A stretch of DNA of 64,000 nucleotides from Phoronis australis. Taxonomy: Eukaryota > Animalia > Phoronida. Where the stretch lies: positions 1 to 64,000 of the forward strand of contig NMRA01000867.1 in assembly GCA_002633005.1 (NCBI GenBank), written 5' to 3'. This document shows positions 1 through 13,700 of the stretch, in pieces; the first letter of the stretch is position 1, and every line of letters begins with the position of its first letter. A program made the position numbers and the translations under genes. The notes beneath the pieces are model-generated. The model saw nothing but the letters and a program-made list of their open reading frames with translations. It did not search any database and had not been told where the DNA came from.

Positions 1-816
1 AGGACTGGTCTCAAAATAAAGAGACAAGTGTCAAAATAATGACGATAAATGCATTTAACAAGTTAAATTTAATTAGGTAAACTACGAATGAAGCGGTTTA
101 TTTCACCAAGACACGTATTATCTCTATTCTGGTCACAGTGTTCATAGAAAACAATATGAATGGTCTGTTATAATTCAATGTGTTTATAAGATATGAGTAA
201 GAGTAATAATTGTTACTTAGAATACAAGAGTGTTGACTTATTTTTTGTTTGATTCAATTTTTTGTTAAGATTGCAAATATAAATCAAGATATTCAGCACT
301 CACCAGTGTTTAAAATGGATCTTCTAAAGTAATAGCCATGTTTCATATATAGCACTGTTGATCTGTAGATTGAGAGTGTTGCTTAAGAGTTGTAATGCTT
401 AATCGACAACTGTTATTCTTTGGTATTAATTATGCTGTTTAATGACTTTCAAAATGGATTTTTTACTTAATGAAATATTATTTAACAAAAATAAAGTGTT
501 CAATGCAAAAGGAAGTAGTTTATAAGTGCATACAGCCTTAAGTATTGAGACAAAATTACTCGAAATTACCTGTCATGACGGCTGGGTGGCAGTCGAACTC
601 ATCATCAGAATATTAGTCTTCTGTATGACCGAGAATGAAGGCAAATTAACAAGAAAGTTCAAAACTGGGTGTCTAAGTCACTATATAATTGGAATTTTGC
701 CACCATAATAATTATTTCCAATCGTTTTTTCTGTTAATAGAATTAGCTGTTATGACAGGAAAATGATTTTTTCCTGATTACCTTTTTCATGTGTCGCACC
801 TATTCTTGCATTTCAG

Positions 817-3800
817 ATTGACGGACGTTTCACTTAAACTAGCAGGATTGCGATTTCTCATTTTATGGACAAATAAGGCTTGGTATGTCATTTGTTATTG
901 CAAAATATTCCAAAGGCAGCATTTGATTGTTCTTTCGTTTAACCTGGTGTAACTTATTGCATTTTTTGACTGAAAATTTGAAAATGAACGAGTCAGATAT
1001 TGATCAAAGTGTTGGTTATTAGAAAATGAACCATTCAGATATTTAGTGAAGTGTTGGTTGTTAAAAAATGAACCAGTCAGATATTTATTGAAGTGTTGGT
1101 TGTTAGAAAATGAACCAGTCAGATATTGATTCAAAGTGTAGGTTGTTAGAAAATGAACCAGTCAGATATTGATTGTAGTGTTGGTTGTTAGAAAATGAAC
1201 CAGTCAGACATTGGTTGAAGTGTTGGTGGTTACAAAATGAACGAGTCAGATATTGATTGTGGTGTTGGTTGTTAGAAAATGAACCAGTCAGATATTGGTT
1301 GAAGTGTTGGTTGTTACAAAATGAACCAGTCAGATATTGGTTGTGGTGTTGGTTGTTAGGAAATCAGTGATCATAATGACTTCTCAGTCTTAGTTCAAAA
1401 AAAACATTTCAGTTGATGCAAACAAGACAAGGAAGGTTTACAAAATAAAGTTTTCTGTTGTAGTGCATTAATCAAGGAGATCTCTTCATCCGATGCAACA
1501 TTGACTCACCTGAGTGGAGGCGGTGATGTAAACAGCAAAATACTGGACTACATATATTCTCACTGGCAAGACAGTGTAGATGCCATCAGGCACCAGTGTA
1601 GAGAGATATTTGAAAATGTTGTTCACATGCACTTGCTTGTGACTAAAGAAGGTAAGAACAAACAGTTTATTGCTGATGAATTAATTGTTGTACTCTTGAC
1701 TGTGCTGATGTGTTTTTCTGCGTGTTGAGTTTGCGGAACTGAAGGTTTGTAAGGTCGCGTATCCCTTTGCAAAATCTTGAGCGAACTATCTTCAGTATAT
1801 TCACAAGATAGCACGTACTTCAAATATGCATGTTTCTTCCTTTATTCAGATCCCCAAACGTCGTGTTATCTAAGATCACTAGCCCGGTCAATGCTCGAGT
1901 CTGGCTGGTCAACTAAAGGCAAGTATGGTCCACTGTGCTGCCTCGTTGGTCACTTGGGGGTTGCCTGGTTCTTGGAGGTGCAGCCTTCCCTGCCTCGAGA
2001 CATACTGACGTACATTGGTGACCAGACCTTGGCCAATCATGTAAGTACCAGTGGTGGTAGTAATTTGATTTTAGGAGTAATTAGTGATAATTATTACAGG
2101 TGAACACAGGTGTGATTTTCAAAACATTTTTATTTTTCTGAAGGTTCCAAATGATGTAGAACATAATGAAAAAAGACGGTTCTAGAACACAAAAAGACAA
2201 ATATCTTGAGTTTGATGAACATGCACAATATCACAGTACTTGTAAAATCTATTAATCTGTTTTTACCATTCTGTAGCCTATTTACATTGGCACGACATTT
2301 CGGTTATTATCTGGTGTTACAGCGTTCTTAGCAGTGTGAACATGGTTGTATGGTCGGTGTAAATAGACCAATAGATTCTACAAACGATGTACCACATCAC
2401 CGCCTCAAAACAGTTTCAGAAAGACTTTCGTTTACTGTTTCATAATCGACCAGCCAACCTTTTTCAACCAATATCATGAAATGCACAGCAGCTGATTGTT
2501 ATCAAAATTGGTATTTGAGCAAGTATTCACTGTTATTCGACATTTTAGATGAGCCTGTTCTTCAATAAATTATCATCAACTGACAGAGAGCATGGAATCA
2601 TGTCTGGCCAATGGGAGAGCAGGCAATGGCTAGTGACCTGGGTTGACCCCGTGGTGGATGTACTCTGCCATGGCACCCGGGAACAAAAGGTCTACACTGT
2701 TCAGGTAAACCACCTACTTGTGATGTAACAGTAGAGACTTTGCTTTAATAATGGGAAGAGAGGTGTAATTTGAGTAGCCGTCCCGTGGCTTGTAATTTGC
2801 ATTAAATTTTCAGCAGTCAAGAAAGGAGTTCATTTTTCTTAGTAATTTAGCAAATAATCTAGCAGAAAGCAAATAAATAAAATTGACATGCACCTCAGTT
2901 GTTAAAGATTCTCTGACATGTCTTAGCGCTTCACTCATTATTTTATTGGTGTATGCAACGAATGTGACAGATAATTTATGCTTGGATGCAGCTATGACTT
3001 GTTAGCATTCAGATGAGGCCAAAATGTATTTTTCCCAACTTATTGCAGCACGTGTTACCAGTTTTAATGAAGACAGAGTCAGCTTCCTTGCAACATATTG
3101 TCAGTCAACTGACCTGTGGTAGTCTAAGCAACAGCCATCTGGGGGCGCTGATAACCTGTTTGAAACAAGCCAGAGCTGGGGGAATGCTAAAAGATGGACT
3201 TGATGCTGGCTGGAAAGATCTTGTTCGGGAAAACGTGTTCCAAAGTGCCCTCACTCACAGCGATGATAGGGTAATTGGATTCTTACGCAATGATGTTTTC
3301 TATTTATATTTAGGAAATGAAAAAATTGATTTCGACTATAACATGATTGGATGATCTCAAAATCAGATTAATTTTGTAGCCCTTGTTATTTCTGTTCTAT
3401 AACTGCTATTTCTCNNNNNNNNNNNNNNNNNNNNNNNNNNNNNNNNNNNNNNNNNNNNNNNNNNNNNNNNNNNNNNNNNNNNNNNNNNNNNNNNNNNNNN
3501 NNNNNNNNNNNNNNNNNNNNNNNNNNNNNNNNNNNNNNNNNNNNNNNNNNNNNNNNNNNNNNNNNNNNNNNNNNNNNNNNNNNNNNNNNNNNNNNNNNNN
3601 NNNNNNNNNNNNNNNNNNNNNNNNNNNNNNNNNNNNNNNNNNNNNNNNNNNNNNNNNNNNNNNNNNNNNNNNNNNNNNNNNNNNNNNNNNNNNNNNNNNN
3701 NNNNNNNNNNNNNNNNNNNNNNNNNNNNNNNNNNNNNNNNNNNNNNNNNNNNNNNNNNNNNNNNNNNNNNNNNNNNNNNNNNNNNNNNNNNNNNNNNNNN

Positions 3801-6800
3801 NNNNNNNNNNNNNNNNNNNNNNNNNNNNNNNNNNNNNNNNNNNNNNNNNNNNNNNNNNNNNNNNNNNNNNNNNNNNNNNNNNNNNNNNGTAAGGGCTGTT
3901 CCAGCAAAATCTGTGTGGGAGGGGGGGAAGGCAACTGAAATAAAAATTTATGGGTGGTTGCGTTTGACTTAAATTCAAAATGGCTGGTGGTCGTACTTCA
4001 AAAAAATTAAAATTTACAGGTCATTGTTGTTTCATTGGGCCATAAATGTTTGATGGTGGGTAATTTTAGTAAATTTTAAAAACAATCTGCACAGAATCAA
4101 AAACTGAAACAAAAATGCAACTTGCAAAGAACTCCGACTTTTTCACTACCTCCGATCTCCTCATCGGCATGCCCATAACACCATTTAACCACAGGTGCTC
4201 GAATTTCTCGATGGCTAATAACCATATATAAGAAACATATGTTTTTTTAGTAATTAATGACGTTAGTGGTGATGGAGGAACAGATAAACTCAAGCGCCTG
4301 TGCAGTCAACCACAAGAACAAAAAAAAAATTACGGGTGGTTGCATTTCAAACTTATAAAAAATTACGGGTGGTAGGCTGAAGAAATAAATGAAAAATATG
4401 GGTGGTGGGTGCGAAAAAAAGGTGCCTTCCCCCCTCCCATACAGATTTTACTGGAACAGCCCTAAATGAATATTACCAAATGAAAATCAAGTTGCTTTTT
4501 ATCAGTTTAGAAAGAATGTTAATTTTGTGTGTCATCACACACTATTTACCAACTAAAGGAGCTTAGTTACCATCTTTTCCAAGTTACTATGTAATTAATA
4601 TGTCGTCTGAAAACTTGGCGTTGAGTCATCTATAAGTGCTCTGTTTCTGGTAAAAAACGTAGGGTGGGTGAACTGAGGCATTTGAGATGTTATTATTGTA
4701 GCTTTTCACAAGGCTAAAGGACAGTAAAGCCATCCTTCTGAGAAGTACTAAACAGCACCACTCAAGTGCGCTCGTAATCGGGTACAAGGTATGTACTGTG
4801 TGAATAGGATTGTTCACTAGTGATAATGTAGTGGGTAGTATTAAAAGAATAAATATATTTGAGTTGCTTCATTTTTTGCAACTGTTTGGTTTTAATTTAT
4901 TTATTGACTGGTAATTTTGTGACACTTAAATGAAGAATAAACTGGTTCTGTATCTAAACACTAGGTGGAGTGACTAATTGTTGTTTCTTGGTAGCCTAAA
5001 TTTGTATGTCATGAAAATATCCCGTTCATATGAAATAGAAAATAAAACTTTACTTCTAAACCACTTCGTTAATCTTATCGTGTTTTGGTGAAAACGGTCA
5101 AAATGATGCAAATTGAAGCTTAGCATGTCGCCGTCCACAGAATACAGTCAGTAGCTTGTTGTTTTAGGTGTTCCTACACGATCTTTGTGATATGTGTTTC
5201 AAGTCCCTTTATATCAGTGCCTGCTATCCACGCCGTGTCACAGCCAGTAGCATACTGTTCACTGTGCTGACTACATTTGCTTGCCAGAAACCAAACAACC
5301 AAGAACTTGTGTCCTGTGAGTACACTGATTAATTTTGAGAGCTTTGATTTCCAAAAACTACTTGGCCATACAAAATACTAAAGTTTCTTACATTATAGTT
5401 ATCTTTCAGTAGCAAATTGCTTTTTGTTCTTTTATTACTTACGGTATTTACTATAATCATTGTTTTATGCAAAAAGCTTTGTGCTGGAAACAGGTTATGC
5501 GTTACACACTGTTGTTAGTTGCTGTGTAAGGGTGGATCTCACATTCAAGTTTTCACAGCTCATCAGATGTACTTTATGGTGTCATTGCATTAATTTGTCA
5601 TTTGCCGTGTACCATTTGAAAGTTTCAGCTACAGATGATGTTGATGCAAAAAATTCAGGAAAAATTTTAATCATCATCAATGTCTGTCACCCCTACCAGG
5701 GTAAAGGCCACGAATCGAAGATTTCCATTCTGTTCTGTCCTGGGCAATTCTTTCTTGCTGTCTCCATGAGTATCCTAACCCATTTAATGGTATCGCGTTA
5801 AACATGTCGAAAGCCACCATGCACATTCAATACGAAGTTTGTCTATTTTCGTGTGACGTTATCGTGTACATTGCTACGTAGAGTAATATAGCTTTCCCAA
5901 TGTATTAGGCAGGTTTTCCTTATTTTCGAATAAATTGATTCAAATACTTCAGGTACCCCGTCAAACTCTGAGGTTTTGTGGATAGGCACTGATATCTTGG
6001 CAATCGTCTCCATCGCATCTCCCATTCAATGTATTCAAAATACATCTTAAATCGTCAAGTTTGCATGCTCTGAAATAAAAATCAGTTCTCAAGGTCACTA
6101 CGATGACAGTCTCATGGCATATGATGTACATTTACTATAAACACAGATTGCATATCACAAAGTTTCATAGCGCGTACATTTGACAGTAACTCGACGCACT
6201 TTGCTTTGGCCATTATGCTGAACTTCACTCTGAGTTTTAGTGCAGTGAAAGCAGGATTCAGTGCAAATGTTTAGTGGTTCTGGCTTTCAAGGCAAGATTG
6301 ATATGATTGCTTAAAACGTGTGTTGCCTGGAAACGAGTTTCCTCCAAGTTTTAAAGAAGTGGCAAGGATGTTTAATATGTCTAAAAAATTTTAAAATTCA
6401 CCGATTGATCGTTTGAATACGACGTGCAATGAAGTTAGCGGTGAATGGTCACAGTGGAGGAAAAAAATTTGATCTTCAGTGCATACGTTTGTGTGGTTTT
6501 AGGCTATTGAAAAATAGTTCATGTTCCTTAAAAGTCTTAGAAAAGAGGAAGGTTTGACTTGACGTCAAAAACCTTTCTCAATCTCTGCTAAATACATAAT
6601 ACAAATAACGTCGTACGGAAAAGGACAAATATTGTATCGAATGAGCGTGATAGCCGTGTGCTCCATCAAAGCTTCAGCATCAGGCAATATTTGTTTACAG
6701 AAATTCATAAAAATGGTAACATTACTTTGTTAAATTGTCATTTGCTATATCGTGCTGTGACTGTTGTGTTATTTTAGATGACAGCCTGTTAGACGTGGAA

Positions 6801-7637
6801 GAAGTTATAAGCACCAGCCGGGTACAGACATTGTTAGAATGCCTGACAGATTCCTTTGAGCTTATTAAGAATGAAGCATTTGCCGTTTTGAATTTACTAC
6901 CTGTGGAAAGAGTTTACTTCTCGGTAATGTGTCATAAAAATGCTTTTAAATTATCCAGGTGATATTAGTCATAGATTGTTTTTAGGCCCATTTAATAAAT
7001 ATATGTTACTGTAACAGTAGCTATATTGTGTGTGAGCTAACTTAACAAGCTCACATAAAGTAGTCTTTCTAAATGCGTTTATGTTAGTTAAAACTGCTGA
7101 AAATGATGAAAATTCACTAAAAGCAGTGTTTTTAAAGAAATGAATAGGAACATCTGAAAGTTTTCTATGTGTGAACCAGCGATTGTTTATGCACCATTTA
7201 AAACTTCAATTTGGAAACTTGATCTGAATGTGAACTACTGTGAAATTTTTATTCGGTGTGTCAGTCAGTGAACAGATGATTTGTCGTACTTGGTTTCTGA
7301 TTTAGAAATCTGACATCCATCCTGAACAGAAATCCTGCATTCCCTTCAAACAGTGCTTTGATTTGGAGCCAACATTGTAAAGTGTCACTCGTACCTGTCA
7401 CCAACCAATTTCAATATTTCATCACTGTAATTGAATGTAAGTGCTTGTATAATTTTCAATTTCTCCTCGAATCTAAAAAAGGAAATTAAAATGTTCTTAT
7501 CCTCTATGCAGGAAGGAAACAGATTGCAGGATTTGTATGCCATTGCCATGGAGTTGTCAGAGAGCACCAAACCACAAGATAGCGCCACCGCTGCTTATAT
7601 GCTCCGTTTGCTGCTCAGACAAAGTTCCCTGTACAAT
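817..7637 (+). CDS. THADA: THADA / Trm732-like armadillo-repeat protein, internal exons only (5' and 3' partial)
   Basis: GT-AG exons with consistent phase: 817-882, 1464-1651, 1850-2040, 2549-2704, 3049-3270, [one exon probably in gap 3415-3888], 4702-4788, 5168-5315, 6778-6923, 7512-7637. Peptides KILDYIYSHWQDSVDAIRHQ, WSTKGKYGPLCCLV, GDQTL, TWVDPVVDVLC, LGALITCLKQARAGG, LFTRLKDS, RVQTLLECLTDSFE and MELSESTKPQDSATAAYML are colinear with vertebrate THADA as recalled (LLEYVYTHWEHPLDALRHQ, WHIKGKYTCLGCLV, LGALMACLRIARAHG, LELSTSTKPYDCVTASYLL). Confidence 0.92.
981..1360 (+). repeat. 42-bp intronic minisatellite, about 9 copies
   Basis: Unit AAAATGAACCAGTCAGATATTGATTGWAGTGTTGGTTGTTAG recurs at ~981, 1023, 1065, 1107, 1150, 1192, 1234, 1276 and 1318. 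Confidence 0.9.
3893..4462. mobile_element. PIF/Harbinger-like MITE, family A, complete copy
   Basis: ~40-bp TIRs GGGCTGTTCCAGCAAAATCTGTGTGGGAGGGGGGGAAGGCA ... TGCCTTCCCCCTCCCATACAGATTTTACTGGAACAGCCC, flanked by TAA on both sides (3-bp TSD). Second copy at 46668. Confidence 0.85.
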
Positions 7638-9097
7638 GTGAGAACCACTCAGTCATTTCTGAAAATTCTTTTTCTGCTCTAAACTTCAAGTAAAATAATA
7701 GAATCTTACCGCGATAAGGAATACTATGATTCTGATATTATGAGAGTAAANGCTTCTAACACTGTTGTGAATGCCTAAAAATTTTCAAAACTTTGTCTGG
7801 TGTCAGCTATGGCACAGAACGTGCACAAGTGGAAAAGCATTTAATTATAATTTTATGAAAAAAATATTAAAAAATAAATTTCATTAGTCTGCCATGCTGT
7901 GTCCGAGAGATTATACAATAGTTTCTCAGATTTCCCAAGAAGTTCTTCTCAGCATACATATTTCAAGTAAGACTATGTATTTGAGAAACCTAAAATGTTA
8001 GAGGACATAAACCTCAGCCAAGCTGTCAAAGCAGAGCACACACAGTGATTACAATTCGACAGATTCCATCTTGTTGACAAAATACTATTTGTCCTGAAAT
8101 CAAAACATTTCAAGACAGATTTGAATTATCAGACAAAATATTAATAAAAATTGGTCAACTATTAGTTTTTTAATTACTTAACTTGCAAACTCTCAGCTGA
8201 ATTCCCCGTCATGACGGCTGAGCACAAGTGGTCGATGCCATGTGCAAGCATAATTCACAGTCATAGAAGCTTGAAAGATCCCTCAAGATGGCCCAAGACA
8301 GGGAAACCATATTTCATCCACGTTTGTCGTGTATCAGACATATCAAATTTCTAATTCTAATATCAAAGCAAAGACAAGGCGGTGTGGGGTTTCAGTTTAA
8401 GTAACCACTCTTTGGAGAAGTGCATATTAGCTGTTTAGGATCTTTGAACACATGCTTATAAGCAATGTCCCCATCAGCATGAACAGGCTCCTACCTGCAA
8501 AGGGTTCCTCAGGGCCAACTCTACAGTACCAACCACTGCTGGTGTCAGGCTATAATCCATCATGTCCAAGAGTTTCTTAGTCTGTGGCAACTTGTCCTTC
8601 AAAGTACCTATTACATCTTCTTTGACGGTGAACTCTGAATGATGAGTTAAAACACCATCTTAGAATCATAACAACTCGATGAATGCAGAGCGTTGGTATG
8701 TAGCAACTGTTGCATCGCAAATGGTGATAGGGATGTAAGTGATGCTCACTTGGAAGTTATGTTAGATCTATTTAAATGACTAAATCTGTCACATTTCCCT
8801 CATTAGAAAACCAAATTTCATGAACGTAGTTTGACATTGAGGCTGACTCAAACAAAACTAGAACTGCCAAGAAAGTAGATTTGTCCAAAACGTAATGCCA
8901 GATAGCTATATGCTCTCAACAGGATCACATATCTGTCATCCTTCATGGTGGTTCTTCACACTGTCTGGCAGATAGGGAGGCAGACGCCAACACACAAAAA
9001 TGATAACAAGAGCAATGCTGAATATTGACACAAACACCCACCGTGTGCATGATATACCATTGAAACAGTAAAGGTAAACGGTACTAATTTTTAAATA

Positions 9098-9532
9098 TTT
9101 TTGAGGTTAATTTCAATGAAGTTACAACTGACATTACATGTACCTAGTAATTTCTTCATCATGAAAATGGCATATTGCAACGTGCCATGCACCTTGCTCA
9201 CAAACATTCTCATCACTTGACACTCTCCCACGCCTTTCAGCCATGCTTTAAGGTCCCCGGAATAACTACAACAAACAAAAGTCAAACAATATACAGCAGT
9301 AATCAAATGATGCTCACGGTCAAAACAAGTGTGTCTGTCGGCAACAGTCGGATATAACGTGCCCGTATTTTGAGAACCAGTTTGACGCCCATTACTCAGT
9401 GGAGAAAACTGGTTCTCAAATTTGGGCACATTATATCTTGACTATTACCGTGGTTTTCTGTTGCAGTTTTTGAGGTTAATTTCAATGAAGTTACAACTGA
9501 CATTACATGTACCTAGTAATTTCTTCATCATG
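9098..9532 (+). repeat. 66-bp perfect direct repeat flanking a ~300-bp insert with a small hairpin element
   Basis: 9098-9163 is identical to 9467-9532. Hairpin (TGAGAACCAGTTT...AAACTGGTTCTCA) at ~9347-9443, with a related copy at ~46349-46420. Confidence 0.8.
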
Positions 9533-10731
9533 GGTACTTTTTAAGGTTATACAGCTGAGAGCTCTCGACCAGTAAACATTCTGAGTCTGAGCTGTCGTTA
9601 CCATTAAGTTACCATATTGAAAGATAGTCTAGATCACCATATATTTTAAAACCAGCAGAAAACACTTAGCTAAAAGAACTCCGGACATACCATAGAATTG
9701 TAGATGATGAGTTCATAGCAACAACAATACAGTGTTGAGATACACCCACGTTGACACATCTACCTGGGGGCATTTACTTTCATAAAAACAATAATTAACC
9801 AATTTGGTCACCTGTGGTTCTGCATAACAGTTACAAGAAGTAGGAGAATTTTAATTTAATAATCAAATCACAAATTACATTAAATCTCTGCTGATTTTTT
9901 CAAAATAGTTAAGAAACGTGGAAAATTAAAAGCAGCACTTCACACAAAGCAAGCATGAATCACCTGCAAATTGACTCTTAAATAAACGCATAGTTAGCAG
10001 CACTTCACAAGCATCAATCGAGTCCATTTGGCAGGTAAGAGATGTCAGTGCCAAAAATTGCAAGGAGGCAAAACTACCACCTAAAATGCGTGGCCACTGT
10101 TTCACAAAGCTCTTACAACCAGTTTAACAGATTAAAAGGGAAAGCAACCATTTTTGTTGGTAGCTGTAATAAAAATAGAGGTTCCTAATTATCTTGCAGA
10201 TTTTTGGGCATTATTGTCTCCCAAGCACATACTTACAGTCCATACAACAATAGAAAGTGACTTAAACGGTTCAGCAAAAGGCCGGCACTTTGTTTCTGTA
10301 TTCACTCAGCTGTTGATCAAACATGCAGTTAAACTTAGCTTAGATTGCAGTCTGCATCGGGCATACGTGTTTGCAGAATGGATGCCGGAGAAAGCAGTAG
10401 CAAGGTGCCGGCCATTTCTGTTGTTGCATAACTTGCAAATACATGCCAGGGTAATAGTAATTAATGTGGAAAAATATCTCTTTACACCAAAAATAGCAAC
10501 CAATTCCCCCTTGAAGTTGAAGCAAAAAAAAAAGAATCAGCGGCACTACAGGAGGTTACCTAAAAAGTGCAGGGTTCTATGGGATACCCATGTTAGACAA
10601 TATCTAGTGTTGCTACTTCCTTCGTACCAAAAACACCACCACGCTGACAAGCTTCTCACGAGTCGTTTTTCATATTGTATTATTTACTCGACCCTGATTC
10701 TATTTGAATGGACTTTGACAAGAGTGATTAC

Positions 10732-13700
10732 TTACAGATTGGCAAAACCATTCACCACGACTTGTGTGAATTCCTTATTAAATGATCTAGAGACAAATAT
10801 CGTTTTTTCAGGAGGAAGACTGAGACCTAACTTCTGGTCAATTGGTTTAGGGTCATAGGCGAAGGCATAAAGACGGGTGATGAACTTGTTCATATTCTCG
10901 GCGACAGTCTCTAGTTCACCATGTGTTATTGTGCCCATATGCAGCATCTGTGAAGAGAAACGTGAGTACATAGCAGGTTGATTGTTCCTCATTTATTTAA
11001 CAGTCACAATATGATAGAAAAGAACAATAATGCACTTTAATTTCAAAAATTCTCAAGGGAAAGCAACATCAAGACCATTCTACTTGATTGCCGGCAAGGT
11101 TTATACTGCACAAAACTTACATGTTAAGGTTCACTGTTAATTTGCCCTTTATAAGTCGTCGTTCTTACGTAACTCGTCACTCAAAAGCCGACCCCACCTC
11201 ACAACTTTTGCATTACTCGTGCTTATGCATATACACTTGATTGCACATGTCCACTTGCTCAAAAATTGTTTCTAAATTCTGGCAATAAAAACAAGAGTTG
11301 CTGAAATTTAATTCACCCAAAAATCAACTTGTGCCTGGGCACTGCCCTCACATATCCCGGTGTTAAGTTTCATTGAAATCTGTCAATCAGTTCTCCATTC
11401 AAAAATGATTAATTGTTCCCCAAAAATAGCAAAAAGCCACAGCCCTGGCCTGATGGCAGACTAAAAAGTGGCATGTACCGTCCTGGTGATGCCCTACTAC
11501 CTTGTGCCAAATTTCATTAAAATACGACCAGGAATCTGAGACATCGCGGAAACAACTGGTCAACTACATAAAATAGCCACCAGGAGTGCTGCATTGGTCG
11601 AACCTGCCAGAAAATTATCTAGTCCTGGACACTGCCATCACATACCCGTGTTACGTTTCATTTAAATCCATCAATCGATACTCTAGCCATCATTTGGAAA
11701 CTTTTCCCAAAAAGTAGTGAAAAGCCCCTTGACGCGACCAAAATGGCGACTAGAAGGTGCTGCGGAATTCGAATGCATCACATACATCTGAATCAATCAC
11801 TTCTCTAGACATCATACAGAAACTCTTTTCTCACTACAAGTACTGAAAAAGTATACTTTCCGGAGACCAAAATGGCCACTAAGGGGTGCTGCAGTGATTG
11901 AATCTGCTCGAAAAATGACTGGTGTCTGCCCAATGTTGTCACAGAATTAAATTTGATTTAATTAATTACATTGCCTGCCTGTGCAATTGTGACAAAACAA
12001 CACTTGGTAAATTTCTCATGATCTGTAGCACCAGACAGTTTTTCAAAAATTTGAAAAGGAATCCCTTTGGAGATATTTTTTTTGAGAAATATAAGTGAAA
12101 CATTACCAATGAGGCTAATGTCTAATTACAATATGACACTGAGAATAAAATTCGTTTTTTTTTTCAACTCCACACAGAAAAATTATAATCCTTTAATGCT
12201 ATGAAATTTGCTTGCCACCTGGGCGACCACCAACCCTTCTAGTTCAGCATTGCCAATTGGCTTATTGTAAACACATAGCAGCATGCAAAGTGCGAACCGG
12301 TAATGTTCCAAAACTTCAAATTCAACCATCTCTTGCAAATGACGTGAAAGAAAACACATCAAGATGGCGATGACAGACTTAAGAAATTTAAAAATGGTCA
12401 CAGGGAGCAGAATATTTTGAATTCGTTCGACATTGGAAAGGTTTCGTCGTCATCTCAATGGAAAAGTTCTTGCCGAATTTCATAAAATTCCGTGAAGGAA
12501 GAATAGTGAAAAAACGAGAATTTCTATTTGTTTTCTCTAATAATAATAAATCATTGAGAAAAAATGAAACAGTGAGAGGTTAACTCTAAAATGGTCCAGC
12601 ACTTGAATTGAAGTTTGTCCGTGAGCCGGTTTAGGCTGTGCATGCATAAGGAAATAAATGCGCAAGATGAGTCGTAGCTCGGCATTGGTAGTGTCTTGCT
12701 GATCTGCTTCAGCAATGCTTTTTGAAGGTTTGAAAAATGTACCACAAATTTGAGAGAGTGTCATTAAAACATTATCGTAAAGACAAAACAAGTACAGAAT
12801 GATTTGACAGGATTCAACAGCTTACCATCCTTACAACATCTTTCACCATCAGAGTCTCTCTGGTAAGGTCTATATACATCTGTGTCATGTTGGTGGACAG
12901 GATCTTACAGACAAGTGCCTGTAAATCCTTCATACTCATGTAGTTGTTTCTGGGTTCATCCAACAGCTTCTTAAACACGGTGATGTCCGAGCACATGGCG
13001 ACACGGTTACTACACGAAATCCACTCGCAAACCTGTGAATGTACCGTTAACATTCTGGTTTGAGTTACATCCAAGCCCAGTGATTACTTTTTAACATGTC
13101 TAATTTAAGCACCCACTCGCACTTCAGCAATCAGTAAGCTTTTTAAAAGCACCCAATCTTTAGGCTATTGTTGACTGCATCTTAATTACTGTCAAAACAG
13201 TAAAGGCGAACTTTGAAATGTGAAAACTTGAATTATGGTAAATGTTGCCATCATAAGAGGGCATTGACCATCCCCGACTGGCAGTTCTTAACTTTTTATT
13301 ATTGCAGTTTTGAAAACCAAAACGCGCTTTTAAAGTAAGGACTGCTGTGACAATCAGAGAGTGATACGAAAATGTGGCAAACTCAAATCCACCAAGTCAA
13401 CGTTAAGTCATAGTAATTCATTTTTAACTTCAGGCAAGACTATTGACTAGATACAAAAACAATGCACTATTTAAAAAATTTACAGGGCAGGCCACCCCTT
13501 AATACATTTATTACAGCAGGCACTTTTACTTAGCTGCTTAAATCCACGGGTTGCAAATCATTGATTCAATCAATACACAAGCAACGTTTTAGACAGATTG
13601 TTTGAGCTTTTTAGTCTCAGTCTGGATTTCAAGGCTAGGTCATGATGGCCAACAAGACAACTGCCCAGCTGATTAAATATTCAAATAGAATGTTTTCAAG

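Noticed and set aside
981-1360. 42-bp repeats as a CRISPR array or a coding repeat (ORF 895-1134)
   Set aside because: Contiguous minisatellite inside a THADA intron; the ORF arises only because the unit length is a multiple of 3.
3383-3978. Long ORFs across N runs (also 47079-48056)
   Set aside because: Artefacts of reading through gaps. Only the short real segment at 47886-48024 is kept, as a possible Kolobok ORF start.
10154-10858. 234-aa plus-strand ORF
   Set aside because: Non-ATG start, no recognisable motif, and antisense to an exon of the orphan gene; probably a shadow ORF.
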